Positions 52,930 to 64,000 of a DNA stretch of 64,000 nucleotides are shown piece after piece. Where the stretch lies: assembly GCF_006345805.1 (NCBI RefSeq), contig NC_043009.1, forward strand, positions 52,576,001-52,640,000. The letters run 5' to 3'. Positions within the stretch are counted from its first letter, which is position 1; each line of letters starts with the position of its first letter. Source of the DNA: Octopus sinensis (taxonomy: Eukaryota). Made by a program: the position numbers and the translations under genes. Below the pieces are notes generated by a model. That model searched no databases and was not told where the DNA came from. It was given only the letters and a program-made list of their open reading frames with translations.

Positions 52930-55255
52930 TCGGATCTGGCATAATTGGATTTTAAAGAATCCAGATAAGTATCCAGATAAAGTTCGAGGGGAATGGTCAC
53001 AAGCACTGTTGGAATTTCTCGAATCTTGTCAGACAGGAAATAGGGAAAGTCTTAAAATCTGTAAGAAAAAGAGCTGGAATAACCCTACGAATTCCCAACG
53101 TAGCACACTCCGTCGCCTACCAAACAATGATTCTATTGTTATTAAAATGGCAGATAAATTATGGACAAGGACGAGCACATTTCAGCTTGCGGAGAAGTTT
53201 TAAGTGAAAAAACTTCTTATGAAGAACTACCTGTAGATTCAAACCTCCAATTACAGAGAGGAACTTGATAAAATAATTTTGGAAATGGAGGAAAGGAATC
53301 TCATAAATGACACGGAATCTAAGCTATTACGCTCACAAAGAACACCTGTATTTTACGGTCTTCCAAAAATACATAAAAAATTCGAAAAATTTCCTCCATT
53401 GCGCCCAATTTGCAGTAGATATGAATGTTGCATTGCAAAAATTTCAGAATGGCTGGATGGCTTTCTGCTCCCAGTAGCTAAAAGATCAAGTTCCTACATT
53501 CGAGATACTTTTGATTTTGTTTCCAAATTGAACAAAATTTCTAAACACCGAAGTAGTGTTAAAGACTGTTTTGGGGGGAACCATGAATGTTTCTTCCTTA
53601 TACTCCAAAGTTGATGATGATGGTGGGGTGGAAGCATGCATGAAAGCCTTTGAAAAACTGTCAAAGAAAAATATTCCCTCAAAGTTTCTCTGTAAATTAT
53701 TAAGAGTTATGTTACAAAGTAACACAATGAAGTTTAGAGAAAAAAAATTCCATGAGAAGGGATGCACCATGGGTACCCCAACGGCAGTTAATTTCGTCTT
53801 CATGACAAAATTTGAAACGCAGTTAATGGAAACATTCAAATCCCTGCATGGTCATGACCGTATACTCTGGTTACAGTTCATTGACGACGTCTTTTTTGTC
53901 TGGGAATGAACACAGGGTAGTTTAGTCAAATTTTTACATTTCTGTGACTACTTCGCTTTAAGTCCAAAATAAAATTCGCGTCGAGCTTTTCAAAAACTAG
54001 TGTCCTGTTTTTGGACACAAAAGTCAAGTTTTCGGAAAGCCGAATAGTCACATAATTATTTTGCAAACCCACATCATCCCATATTTATCTCCACCGCCGC
54101 TCTGATCATCCACATCATACAATCAGATCATATCTGAATTCCCAGTTTTTGCACAAACATTGGGGATTATTTGAAACATACAAATACTTTTGTATGCCAT
54201 TATATAAAGCGCGGTTATAGTGAATCAAGGAAATCGCGAATGACATAGCTGAAATTAGTAGTGATAATCAAACATTCACGCCTAATTTTAAGTCAGAAAA
54301 GAGCTCAAGGCCGTATTCCATTTGTGATTAACTGGCTCCGAAGTTTCGCTGGCATTTCAAAAGTGTTGCATGACAGTTACCAACATGTTTCAGAAAAATA
54401 TCCTCATTTCCGACAAATATTTCCTCTTCCGCCTATTGAAGCTTTTAAGCGTAATAGAAATATTAGAGAAATATTGAGCAAATACCTCTAATAAAAACTC
54501 CATTGGAGTTTCGGAACTCTACACCCCCAAACACACCCATAAGAGAGGTAAGCCCTGTTTGCTGTGCAATAACATGAATCAGATAACATGAGTCAAGAAT
54601 TATAACAGAAATGTTATCATTTACACAGAAGGAGGGACCTGTAAGGATTCCCACTTGAGATATGCAACAGAATGCACCAAGCACGAAATTATTTATGATG
54701 GTTGCACAACAGAGCAATTGCAAAAAAGTTTAAACGGATATAGGTACGACGTCAGGCATAATAACAGTGGTTCCACGGAACTTGAGGAACATTTCCCATC
54801 AAACGGATATAAAATTGAGGAGTACCTGAAGGTGCACATTCTCAAAAAATACCCTCACTCCACTGCACTTTCGGTCTTCAAAGCCCATGAGGATAGATAT
54901 ATTTGTGAGCTGTTGACATCTCAGCCTGGAGGAATTAATAAAATGGCAGGTGAATTCCACCATAATTACACTAAATTTTTTGACTGAATAATTCTTTTCC
55001 TCCAATTCTTTTCTTTCTTTTTTGTTTTTTTTCTTTCTTTTTGTTTTTTTTTCTTTCTTTCCTTCCTTCTGCTACCAATGACTGATGACGTCATTTTACT
55101 TGGAAAGAAACGCAGTTATTCTGGTTTCATTTTGAATGGTTCAGCGTTTCCTATCTTCGAATTTAATTTCATTTAATATTTTGAACTTGTAAAAGACACA
55201 CGGTGTGTCGAAATATTGTTCAGCCAATAAAACTTCTATTGCAATCTGAGAAGAG
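52930..55255 (+). mobile_element. Penelope-like retroelement, near full-length pseudogene (RT + C-terminal GIY-YIG)
   Basis: IVIKMADK, TPVFYGLPKIHK..PPLRPICS, SSYIRDT.DF, NVSSLYS, GCTMGTP, FIDDVFFVW, FLDT, KPTSSHIYLH..SDHP, IYDGCT, HEDRYICELLTSQPGGIN; many frameshifts and stops; lies between (GAT)n and (AAT)n arrays. Confidence 0.92.
55182..55222 (+). ncRNA. Variant-core hammerhead-like motif at PLE 3' end
   Basis: TGAAC-TTGTAAAA-GACAC-acggt-GTGTC-GAAA-TATT-GTTCA then AATAAA; a second, decayed CTGATGA..GAAA motif at 55082-55110. Confidence 0.5.
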
Positions 55256-55274
55256 TTACGTCAATCCTTTTAAA

Positions 55275-55340
<66 letters not shown>

Positions 55341-55769
55341 TGATGATGATGATGATGATAATAATAGTAATAATAATAATGATAATAATAATAACGTTTA
55401 TATATTTGTTTTGCAAGACTTTTGATGTGAAATCGTGTGTTGAAACATATATTGTTGTATTTAGGAATGGACACATACAATAGGAATACAAAATACAAAA
55501 TAGCTGACCGTTAGTAAGGAGAGACACACAAATAAGAAAGAATAAAGCAAAGGACCACTGATGAGATCACAGGAGTGTGACGAAAGAACTCTGGCCGAAA
55601 TAAGATTAAGATTAATGTAAAAATGAATAACGCTGAAGCAAAGTAACATCAAATATATAGTGCGTATGTTTTTATTGGCTAAACTGGCAAAATCACCATT
55701 CCTAAATACAACAATAATAATAACGCTTAATGGTAGATATTGCAATCTCTTCTGACCAAAATATTACCC

Positions 55770-56060
55770 AACTACTTACTGATAAACATTACAGTCCTTT
55801 CTTACCAAAATGTTGCCCAAAAAGAAGTGGAGAAATTGTCAAAGTACAAAGACCTCGAACTTGAAATGTTCAATATATGGGACATGAAGGTGAAAACAAT
55901 ACCTGTAATACATAGATCACTGAGAATGATAAGAGAAAAACATATGAGCAAAAGCGTAGAAGCTATACCTGGACCTTCGGCATTACACATTATCCCAAAA
56001 ATAGCCCTGGAAGGAACAGCTCACATCCTACACAAGACACTATCAATTCGATATTACAAC
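55770..56060 (+). mobile_element. R4/Dong-like RLE C-terminal fragment
   Basis: KEVEKLSKYKDLELEM..WDMKVKTIPVI..IPG..KIALEGTAHILHKTLS. Confidence 0.85.
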
Positions 56061-56132
56061 CCAAATAAAATAATTCACAAATACAAGACACACTCTATAT
56101 AGCAAATATCCAATGAAATAAATAACCACCTG

Positions 56133-56277
56133 TATGGTATGTAGCTTGCTTACCAACCACATGATTCCGGGTTCAGTCCCATTGTGTGGTACCTTGAGCA
56201 ATTGTCTGCTACTATAGCCTCGGGTCGGTCAAAGCCTTGTGAGTGGATTTGGTTGGCGGAAACTGAAAGAAGTCCGT

Positions 56278-56340
<63 letters not shown>

Positions 56341-56740
56341 GAGTGTATTTTTACCTTGTTACAATTAACACGGAAAAAATAAATGAATATTGCATTGTTT
56401 ATACAATTTATTCTTTTGAGTAGTATCAATGGAATTTTCGAAACATGTGTCGAAAGTGAAAATATTTGATTTACACCTGCGTTAAACTCCATTTATTTAT
56501 TCATATGTATATGTGTGTGTGTGTGTGTGTGTGTTTGTGTGTCTTTGTCCTCCAACATCGCTTGACAACCGATGTTGGTGTGTTTACGTCTCCATAACCT
56601 AGCGGTTCGGCAAAAGACGCCGATAGAATAAGTACTAGGCTTACAAAGAATAAGTCCTGGAGTTGATTTGCTCGACTAAAGGTGGTGCTCCAGCTTGGCC
56701 GCAATCAAATAACTGAAACAAATAAAAGTGTAAAGAGTAA
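56133..56740 (+). mobile_element. CORE-like SINE split within its microsatellite
   Basis: 5' half 56133-56279, (TA)n, ~170 bp of unrelated sequence, (TG)n, 3' half ~56535-56740. Confidence 0.75.
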
Positions 56741-57099
56741 TACAATACCGGGAAGAGTTTGCGCACTCCCCAACAACAAAAAAATAATATTCAATGCTGC
56801 ACACACCCCAGCAATACGGAGGTGTTGCAGGTGATGCTGTAGAAATTTACCTGAAATTACCAAATGTGCGAAACTATAAGTAAGTTAACTTTGTGAAATT
56901 AATTCTTACTTTCTCCATTTGTCTCCCTTTCATCTGTTGTCACTAGAAATTATCGGTAAATTTTTGTTTCGTTTCCTTAGCTGATAAAGAAATTTGCTAT
57001 TTAAAGGGTTCTTTTACGAGGAAAGAGTATAACCTTCAATAATTCACTTAACTCATTCAATTGCAATCTGCATATGGGGGCTGCTTCCCTATCTATAAC

Positions 57100-57570
57100 G
57101 CTATCTGTCATTCCACTGCTCTGGCTGACTTTCCACTGCGCTACCTATTTTTCCACTACGCTGCTTGTCTCTCCACAACGCTGCCCATCTTTCCACTACG
57201 CTGCTTGTCTTTCCACTACGCCGCAAATCTTTGCACTGCGTCGCCTGTATTTCCTTCGTGCTTCCTGTCTTCCCTTAATGCTGCATGTTTTCCACCGCAC
57301 TGCATGTCTTTCCACTGTGTTGCTTATGTTTCTATAATGCTGTCCGTCTTACTACTGCGCTGCCTGTCTTTACACGACGCTGCCTGTCTTTACACGACGC
57401 TGCCTGTCTTTACACGACGCTGCCTGTCTTTTCACTGCGCTTTCTGTCTTTTCTTTGAGTTTCCTGTCTTTCCATGATGCCACCTGTCTTTCTACTGCGC
57501 TGTCTGTTTTTCCACTGCGCTGCCTGACTTCCCACGACGCCACCGGTCTTCCCACGGCGCAGCCTGTATC
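57100..57570. repeat. 20-bp minisatellite (CTGCCTGTCTTTCCACTGCG-like)n
   Basis: Period 20, e.g. TGCCTGTCTTTACACGACGC three times at 57361-57420. Confidence 0.9.
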
Positions 57571-57639
57571 ACATCGACACCGCTACTATCCACTATCTGA
57601 TAACATCTTATAATCTCTTTACTTTCAGTCACAGCATCG

Positions 57640-57902
57640 ATTGTATCATTTTTAAATCTTCTAACAAAAGAAACAGAAACGATTATCAAATATGGCGTCG
57701 TGAAGATGGAGTTCAAATGAATGCATAATACTAAAATAATTATAGTACCAGTTGTTATAATTGAAGCTCTCGGCACCTTCAAAAGAGAATACAACAGACA
57801 TTAACATCTCTAACAGCTACCAGGCAAACAATGGTCGAAACACTTGCAGAAAATTTCACTCTTAACAAGTGCTTACATTTTAAGAAAGTTCCTCGTGTAA
57901 AA
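57640..57902 (+). mobile_element. Decayed R4/Dong-like RLE C-terminal fragment
   Basis: KETETIIKY..IVPVVIIEALGT..LQKISLLTSAYILRKFL. Confidence 0.65.
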
Positions 57903-58424
57903 TAATGCTTTTGTTGAAAGCAAGTAACTTTAATGTGGTTATTTATATTTTTTTAAAGACATGGTTAGTTTATAAAGATTGGTTTAAATGTCATGAAATG
58001 TTAACAGCGAAAGTAACAGTTATCATAATTATAGTAAAGTTTATCAACAACATACAAACAGCATTAGCAAACTTCTCATTGTCATTATCATTGAAATGAT
58101 AATTATTAGCATGAAGGAAAACATCGCAGTCATAAATAACAACAGCGTAGGTATCAAACATAGCAAGAATGCAGCCGTCATCATCATCATCATTGCTATC
58201 GTTTTTCCCCCCATCATCTGCCATTATCATCCTCCTCTTCTTTAGCGTCATTGTCATCGTCATCGCCATCGCCATCGTCATCATCATCATCATCATCATC
58301 GTAAATCATTATCATTTCGATTAAACGCTTGTATTACTGGGTGGCGGCTGCCGTTCTGTCTTTGAATGCAAGGGTCGATGTTTCATCGGGAAGTGAAGCA
58401 GCTCTGCTGGCGTTTCGGCCCCAT

Positions 58425-58445
58425 CATTACCATCATCTTTATTAC

Positions 58446-58486
<41 letters not shown>

Positions 58487-58575
58487 CCACCACCATCACC
58501 ACCACCACCACCATTATCATCAGCATCCTCAGAAGCAGCAGCAACATCTTCCTCGTCACCATCAACGAGATCGCT

Positions 58576-58608
<33 letters not shown>

Positions 58609-58675
58609 GTCGTCGTCGTCGTCATCATCATCGTCGTCGTCGTCATCATCATCATCTTCATCATCATCATCATCC

Positions 58676-58709
<34 letters not shown>

Positions 58710-58758
58710 ATCATCATCATCATCATCATCATCGTCGTCATCATCATCATCATCATCG

Positions 58759-58801
<43 letters not shown>

Positions 58802-58990
58802 CATCATCATCGTCGTCATCATCAACATTATCGTCAGCGCCCGCAGAAGCAGCAACAGCATCGTCATCAGCATCAACAAGATCGTTGTCAACAGCATCAT
58901 CATCGTCGTCATCAACATCACCATCATCGTCAGAAAATACATAAACAATACCACCTTCCATCATCATCATCATCATCATCATCAATATCG
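58425..58990. repeat. (CAT)n-based trinucleotide array
   Basis: Long imperfect CAT/CGT/CAC run. Confidence 0.95.
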
Positions 58991-59479
58991 TGATCATCAA
59001 CCGCCATTGCTGCCATTGCTATCCATAACAAAGTAGCAAGAAAAAAGCCAACATCACCATCACTACCACCAACATCAGCATCACATCAAGAAACAACATC
59101 ACCATTCTCGTTATTATCAACAGCTACTGCAAAAACAACAACAACAACAACATTAGGACCAACAATAACAACAACAACACCAAAAACACTACAACCACCA
59201 CCAATAACAACAACAACAACAACAGCAACCCAAGAGACCTGTGTGTGTGAAATCTTTTCTATCCGGAGGCTGTGTTGATAATAACGTTTAAAGGAACTTT
59301 TTTTTCTTATTTTACTGTTATGCTTGTTTGTTTCGGTATATATATATATGTCCATGTGTGTGCATGAGTGTATTTGCACATGTGTGTGCTCACGCGCGTA
59401 TAGTATGTGCATGTACGTGCGTGTATATTTGTTTATGTATGTGTAAACGTTTGTGCATGTGTGTCTATGCATATGTGTG

Positions 59480-61125
59480 TGAATGTATGTTTGTGTGTGT
59501 GTGTTCGTCTGTGTGTGTGTTTGTATGCGTATGTTTGTGTATGTTTGTGTGTGTGTGTCTGTGTATGTCTGTGTGTGTATGTTTGTGTATGTTTGTGTGT
59601 GTATGTCTGTGTGTGTATGTTTGTGTGTGTGTGTATGTGTATGTCTGTGTGTGTATGTTTGTGTATGTTTGTGTGTGTATGTCTGTGTGTGTATGTTTGT
59701 GTATGTTTGTGTGTGTATGTCTGTGTGTGTATGTCTGTGTGTGTATGTTTGTGTATGTCTGTGTGTGTATGTTTGTGTATGTTTGTGTGTGTATGTCTGT
59801 GTGTGTATGTCTGTGTGTATGTTTGTGTGTGTGTATGTTTGTGTGTGTGTATGTTTGTGAGTGTATGTCTGTGTGTGTGTATGTTTGTGTGTGTATGTCT
59901 GTGTGTGTATGTCTGTGTGTGTATGTTTGTGTGTGTGTATGTCTGTTGTGTGTATGTTTGTGTATGTTTGTGTGTATGTCTGTGTGTGTGTATGTTTGTG
60001 TGTGTATGTCTGTGTGTGTATGTCTGTGTGTGTATGTTTGTGTGTGTGTATGTCTGTGTGTGTGTATGTTTGTGAGTGTATGTCTGTGTGTGTATGTCTG
60101 TGTGTGTATGTTTGTGTGTGTATGTCTGTGTGTGTATGTCTGTGTGTGTATGTTTGTGTGTGTGTATGTTTGTGTGTGTGTATGTTTGTGTGTGTATGTC
60201 TGTGTGTGTGTGTATGCCTGTGTGTGTATGTTTGTGTGTGTATGTCTGTGTGTGTATGTTTGTGTGTGTGTATGTTTGTGAGTGTGTATGTTTGTGTGTG
60301 TATGTCTGTGTGTGTATGTCTGTGTGTGTATGTTTGTGAGTGTGTATGTTTGTGTGTGTATGTCTGTGTGTGTATGTCTGTGTGTGTATGTTTGTGTGTG
60401 TGTATGTCTGTGTGTGTGTATGTTTGTGAGTGTATGTTTGTGTGTGTATGTCTGTGTGTATGTTTGTGTGTGTATGTCTGTGTGTGTATGTCTGTGTGTG
60501 TATGTTTGTGTGTGTGTATGTTTGTGTGTGTGTATGTTTGTGTGTGTATGTCTGTGTGTGTGTATGTTTGTGTGTGTATGTTTGTGAGTGTATGTCTGTG
60601 TGTGTATGTTTGTGTGTGTGTATATTTGTGTGTGTATGTCTGTGTGTGTGTATGTTTGTGTGTGTATGTCTGTGTGTGTATGTCTGTGTGTGTATGTTTG
60701 TGTGTGTATGTTTGTGTGTGTGTATGTTTGTGAGTGTGTATGTTTGTGTGTGTATGTCTGTGTGTGTATGTCTGTGTGTGTATGTTTGTGTGTGTGTATG
60801 TCTGTGTGTGTGTATGTTTGTGTGTGTATGTCTGTGTGTGTGTATGTTTGTGTATGTTTGTGTGTGTATGTTTGTGAGTGTATGTCTGTGTGTGTATGTT
60901 TGTGTGTGTGTATGTTTGTGTGTGTATGTCTGTGTGTGTGTATGTTTGTGTGTGTATGTCTGTGTGTGTATGTCTGTGTGTGTATGTTTGTGTGTGTGTA
61001 TGTTTGTGTGTGTATGTCTGTGTGTGTGTATGTTTGTGTGTGTATGTCTGTGTGTGTGTATGTTTGTGTATGTTTGTGAGTGTATGTTTGTGTGTCTATG
61101 TGTATGCCTGTGTGTGTTTGTTTGT
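59480..61125. repeat. 1.6-kb compound TG-rich microsatellite with TATGT[C/T]TG(TG)n units
   Basis: 10-16-bp variant units throughout; source of the long VC/TH ORFs. Confidence 0.95.
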
Positions 61126-61640
61126 GTATAAATGTGTGTATAAATGTGAACGTGCATATTAAGAATAAATAATTATGTTCGTGTCTATGTGTGTCTGATT
61201 GTGTATGTAGTTGTGTTTATGTATGTTTGTGTATACGTGTGTGTGAATGATAGTGTATGTATGTGTGTATGCCTGTGTTTGATTGTGTATGTATATATGT
61301 GTGTATAATTGTGTATGTAGTTGTGTGTATGATTGCGTATGTAGGTGTGTGTATGTGTGTTTGTATGTAGCTATATGTATGTGTGTATATGAAATTGTAC
61401 GTGGTTGAGTGTATGCATGTATAAATGTGTATGCAGCTATGTATATGTAGTCTTATGTATGTGTGTATATGAGTGTGTATATAGGTGTGTGCCCGTGTGT
61501 TTAGTTGTTTGCGTATATATCTGTATGTACGTTTTTGCGCATGTTGTGTATGTACATTTGTGTGTGTAATTAGTTCTATATGTTTACGTACATTAGCTGT
61601 ATGTATAAGGATGCGTAAATGCGTATAAACACATGTCGTG

Positions 61641-62021
61641 GCACTCCGTCGGTTACGACGACGAGGGTTCCAGTTGATCCGATCAACAGAACAGCCTGCT
61701 CCTGAAATTAACGTGCAAGAAACTGAGCACTGCACAGACACGTGTACCGTTAAGGTAGTTCCCGGGGGAAATTAAGCGCGTGACACAGAGTGTGACAAGG
61801 CTGGCCCTTTGAAATACAGGTACAACAGAAACAGGAAGAAAGAGTGAGAGAAAGTCGTGGTGAAAGAGTATAGCAGGGTTCGCCACCAGCCCCTGCCGAA
61901 ACCGCGCGGAGCTTTAGGTGTTTTCGCTCAATAAACACTCACAACGCCCGGTCTGGGAATCGAAACCACGATCCTACGATCGCGAGTTCGCTGACCTAAA
62001 CACTGGGCCATTGCGCCTCTA
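61641..62021 (-). mobile_element. Full-length tRNA-Arg-headed SINE
   Basis: Collinear with 1687-2072, more diverged. Confidence 0.88.
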
Positions 62022-62129
62022 CAATTTGTGTATATGTATGCGTGTATATATGTGCCTGTAAATATCTATATCGTATATGTGTACATGCGTATTTTTCTGT
62101 GCATATGTGTATGCATAGTGTGTATGTGT

Positions 62130-62200
<71 letters not shown>

Positions 62201-62375
62201 AGATGTGTAGCTATATATGCGTATATTTTTAATCGGTATATGTATATGTATATGTATGTATGCATTTATATGTATGTAATTATGTATATGTATGTCTGCT
62301 TATTTAGCGTATGCCTCTGCACATGCTTGTCTATATGTGCGCGTGTATGTGTTCATGTGTGCGTATGTTCGTGAC

Positions 62376-62576
62376 GCAGGTGTGGCTGTATGGTAAAAAT
62401 CTTGCTTCCGGGTTCAGTCCCACTGCATGGCACCTTGGGTAAGTGTCTTCTGTCACAGCCTCGAGCCGATCAAAGCCATGTGAGTGGTTTTGGTAGACGG
62501 AAACTGAAAGAAGCCCGTCGTATGTGTGTGTGCATATGTGTGTGTATATGTGTGTGTGTGTGAGAGAGAGAGAGAA

Positions 62577-62612
<36 letters not shown>

Positions 62613-62660
62613 TGTGTGTGTATGTGTGTGCGTGCGTGTGTGTGTGTGTGTGAGAGAGAG

Positions 62661-62699
<39 letters not shown>

Positions 62700-62719
62700 G
62701 TGTGTGTGTGGTGTGTGTG

Positions 62720-62753
<34 letters not shown>

Positions 62754-62890
62754 AGTATATAGAATAAGCACCAGGCTTTAGAAAGAAATGACAAACACTG
62801 GAATCGATTCGTCCGGCTACAGTTTCTTCAAGAAGGTGCCCCAGCATGGCCATAGAGTCATAGTCTCATGGCTGAAACAAGTAAAAGAAA
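62376..62890 (+). mobile_element. CORE-like SINE with expanded internal microsatellite
   Basis: Head to GAAGCCCGTCG, ~235 bp (TG)/(GA), partial 3' half ending CTGAAACAAGTAAAAG. Confidence 0.75.
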
Positions 62891-63211
62891 AAAAAGGTAA
62901 ATAGATGGCTGTGCAGGTATGCGTGAGGTGTTTTTAATGTTGGTTTCTTGCGTGTTTTTTGCGGGAGTAAACTCCTATCAGAAACCAACAGTTATTTTGT
63001 AATGCGTGTATATGTATTCCTATATGGCGCTTAGTACTTCTTTGTTATGTGTATACATGTATCTGGATTATTTGAATGTATGTCAGTTCTGAATGTATGT
63101 ATGTATGTATGTATGTATGTATGTATGTATGTGTGTATGTATGTATGTATGCATGTATGTATGCATGTATGTATGTATGTATGTATGTATGTATGTATGT
63201 ATGTATGTATG

Positions 63212-63242
<31 letters not shown>

Positions 63243-63287
63243 GCATGTATGTATGTATGTACGTATGTAAGCATGTATGTATGTATG

Positions 63288-63318
<31 letters not shown>

Positions 63319-63654
63319 GCATGTATGTATGTATGTACGTATGTAAGCATGTATGTATGTATGTATGCATGTATGTATGTATGTATGTATGTATGTAGGT
63401 ATGTATGTATGTAAGCATGTATGTATGTATGTACGTATGTAAGCATGTATGTATGTGTGTATATATGTATGTATGTATGTATGTATGTACGTATGTATGC
63501 ATGTATGTATGCATGTATGTATGTATGTATATATGTATGTATGTATGTGTGTATGTGTGTATGTATGTATGCATGTATGTATGTATGTATGTATGTATGT
63601 ATGTATGTATGTATGTATGTATGTATATGTGTGTGTGTGTGTGTATGTGTGTGT

Positions 63655-64000
63655 GCTCGCGTGTTTATACTTGTGGATGTCTGCGTTGCATTTAGTGTAT
63701 GTATGTCGGAATACTTTAGGTTCAATACATGTGTGTGTGTATTTGTGTGTGTTGTTTGTGTGTATGTGTGTGTGTGTGTGTGTGTTTATACGTGCGGAGG
63801 TCTGCGTTGCATTTAGTATATGTATGTCTGAATACATTACGTTCAATATATTTGTGTGTGTGTGTGTGTGTGTGTTTGTGTGTGTGCATGTGTGTGTGTG
63901 TGTGTATTTATACGTGTGGAGGACTGCGTTGCACTTGCGTATGTATGTCGGAATACTTTAGGTTCAAACATGTGTGTGTGTGTTTGAGTGTGTGTGTACA
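63655..64000. repeat. ~122-bp tandem repeat, at least 3 copies
   Basis: TTTATAC.TG.GGA.G.CTGCGTTGCA.TT..GTATGTC.GAATAC.TTA.GTTCAA recurs near 63664, 63785 and 63907. Confidence 0.88.

Noticed and set aside
53907-53909. In-frame TGA just after the PLE RT catalytic motif as possible selenocysteine
   Set aside because: The element has many other frameshifts and stops; simple decay explains it
58329-59036. His-rich 235-aa ORF with signal-peptide-like start
   Set aside because: Starts at TTG, body is a (CAT)n array open in several frames; no splice or homology support
59328-61157. Long ORFs (574 aa TH-rich, 317 aa VC-rich) and similar YI/MYVC/poly-amino-acid ORFs throughout
   Set aside because: Translations of microsatellites, open in several frames and on both strands; no domain content

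Overview
AT-rich, repeat-saturated animal genomic DNA, most likely from an octopus (coleoid cephalopod). This is inferred from tRNA-Arg-headed OR-type SINEs and the extreme (TA)n/(TACA)n/(TAA)n microsatellite load. I can support no host protein-coding exon. Almost all listed ORFs are microsatellite artefacts, so the window looks intronic or intergenic. It contains several SINE families (tRNA-Arg-headed, CORE-like with an internal microsatellite, Meta-domain-like, V-domain-like) and decayed LINEs (CR1-like, Tx1-like, RTE-like, R4/Dong-like). It also contains DNA transposon remnants (mariner, Tc1, a hAT/Charlie-like MITE), three Penelope-like element (PLE) remnants and several minisatellites. 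The most notable signal is a set of hammerhead-ribozyme (HHR) motifs. Canonical minimal HHRs lie at 9.7 kb and 32.2 kb. A fold-back element at 46.8-47.7 kb joins a tRNA-like Pol III head, an (AAT)n spacer and an HHR-bearing PLE-like tail. A ~144-nt circularly permuted, retrozyme-like unit with a variant HHR core at 27.7-28.25 kb brackets a captured copy of nearby DNA. All coordinates were read by eye; repeat boundaries are approximate.
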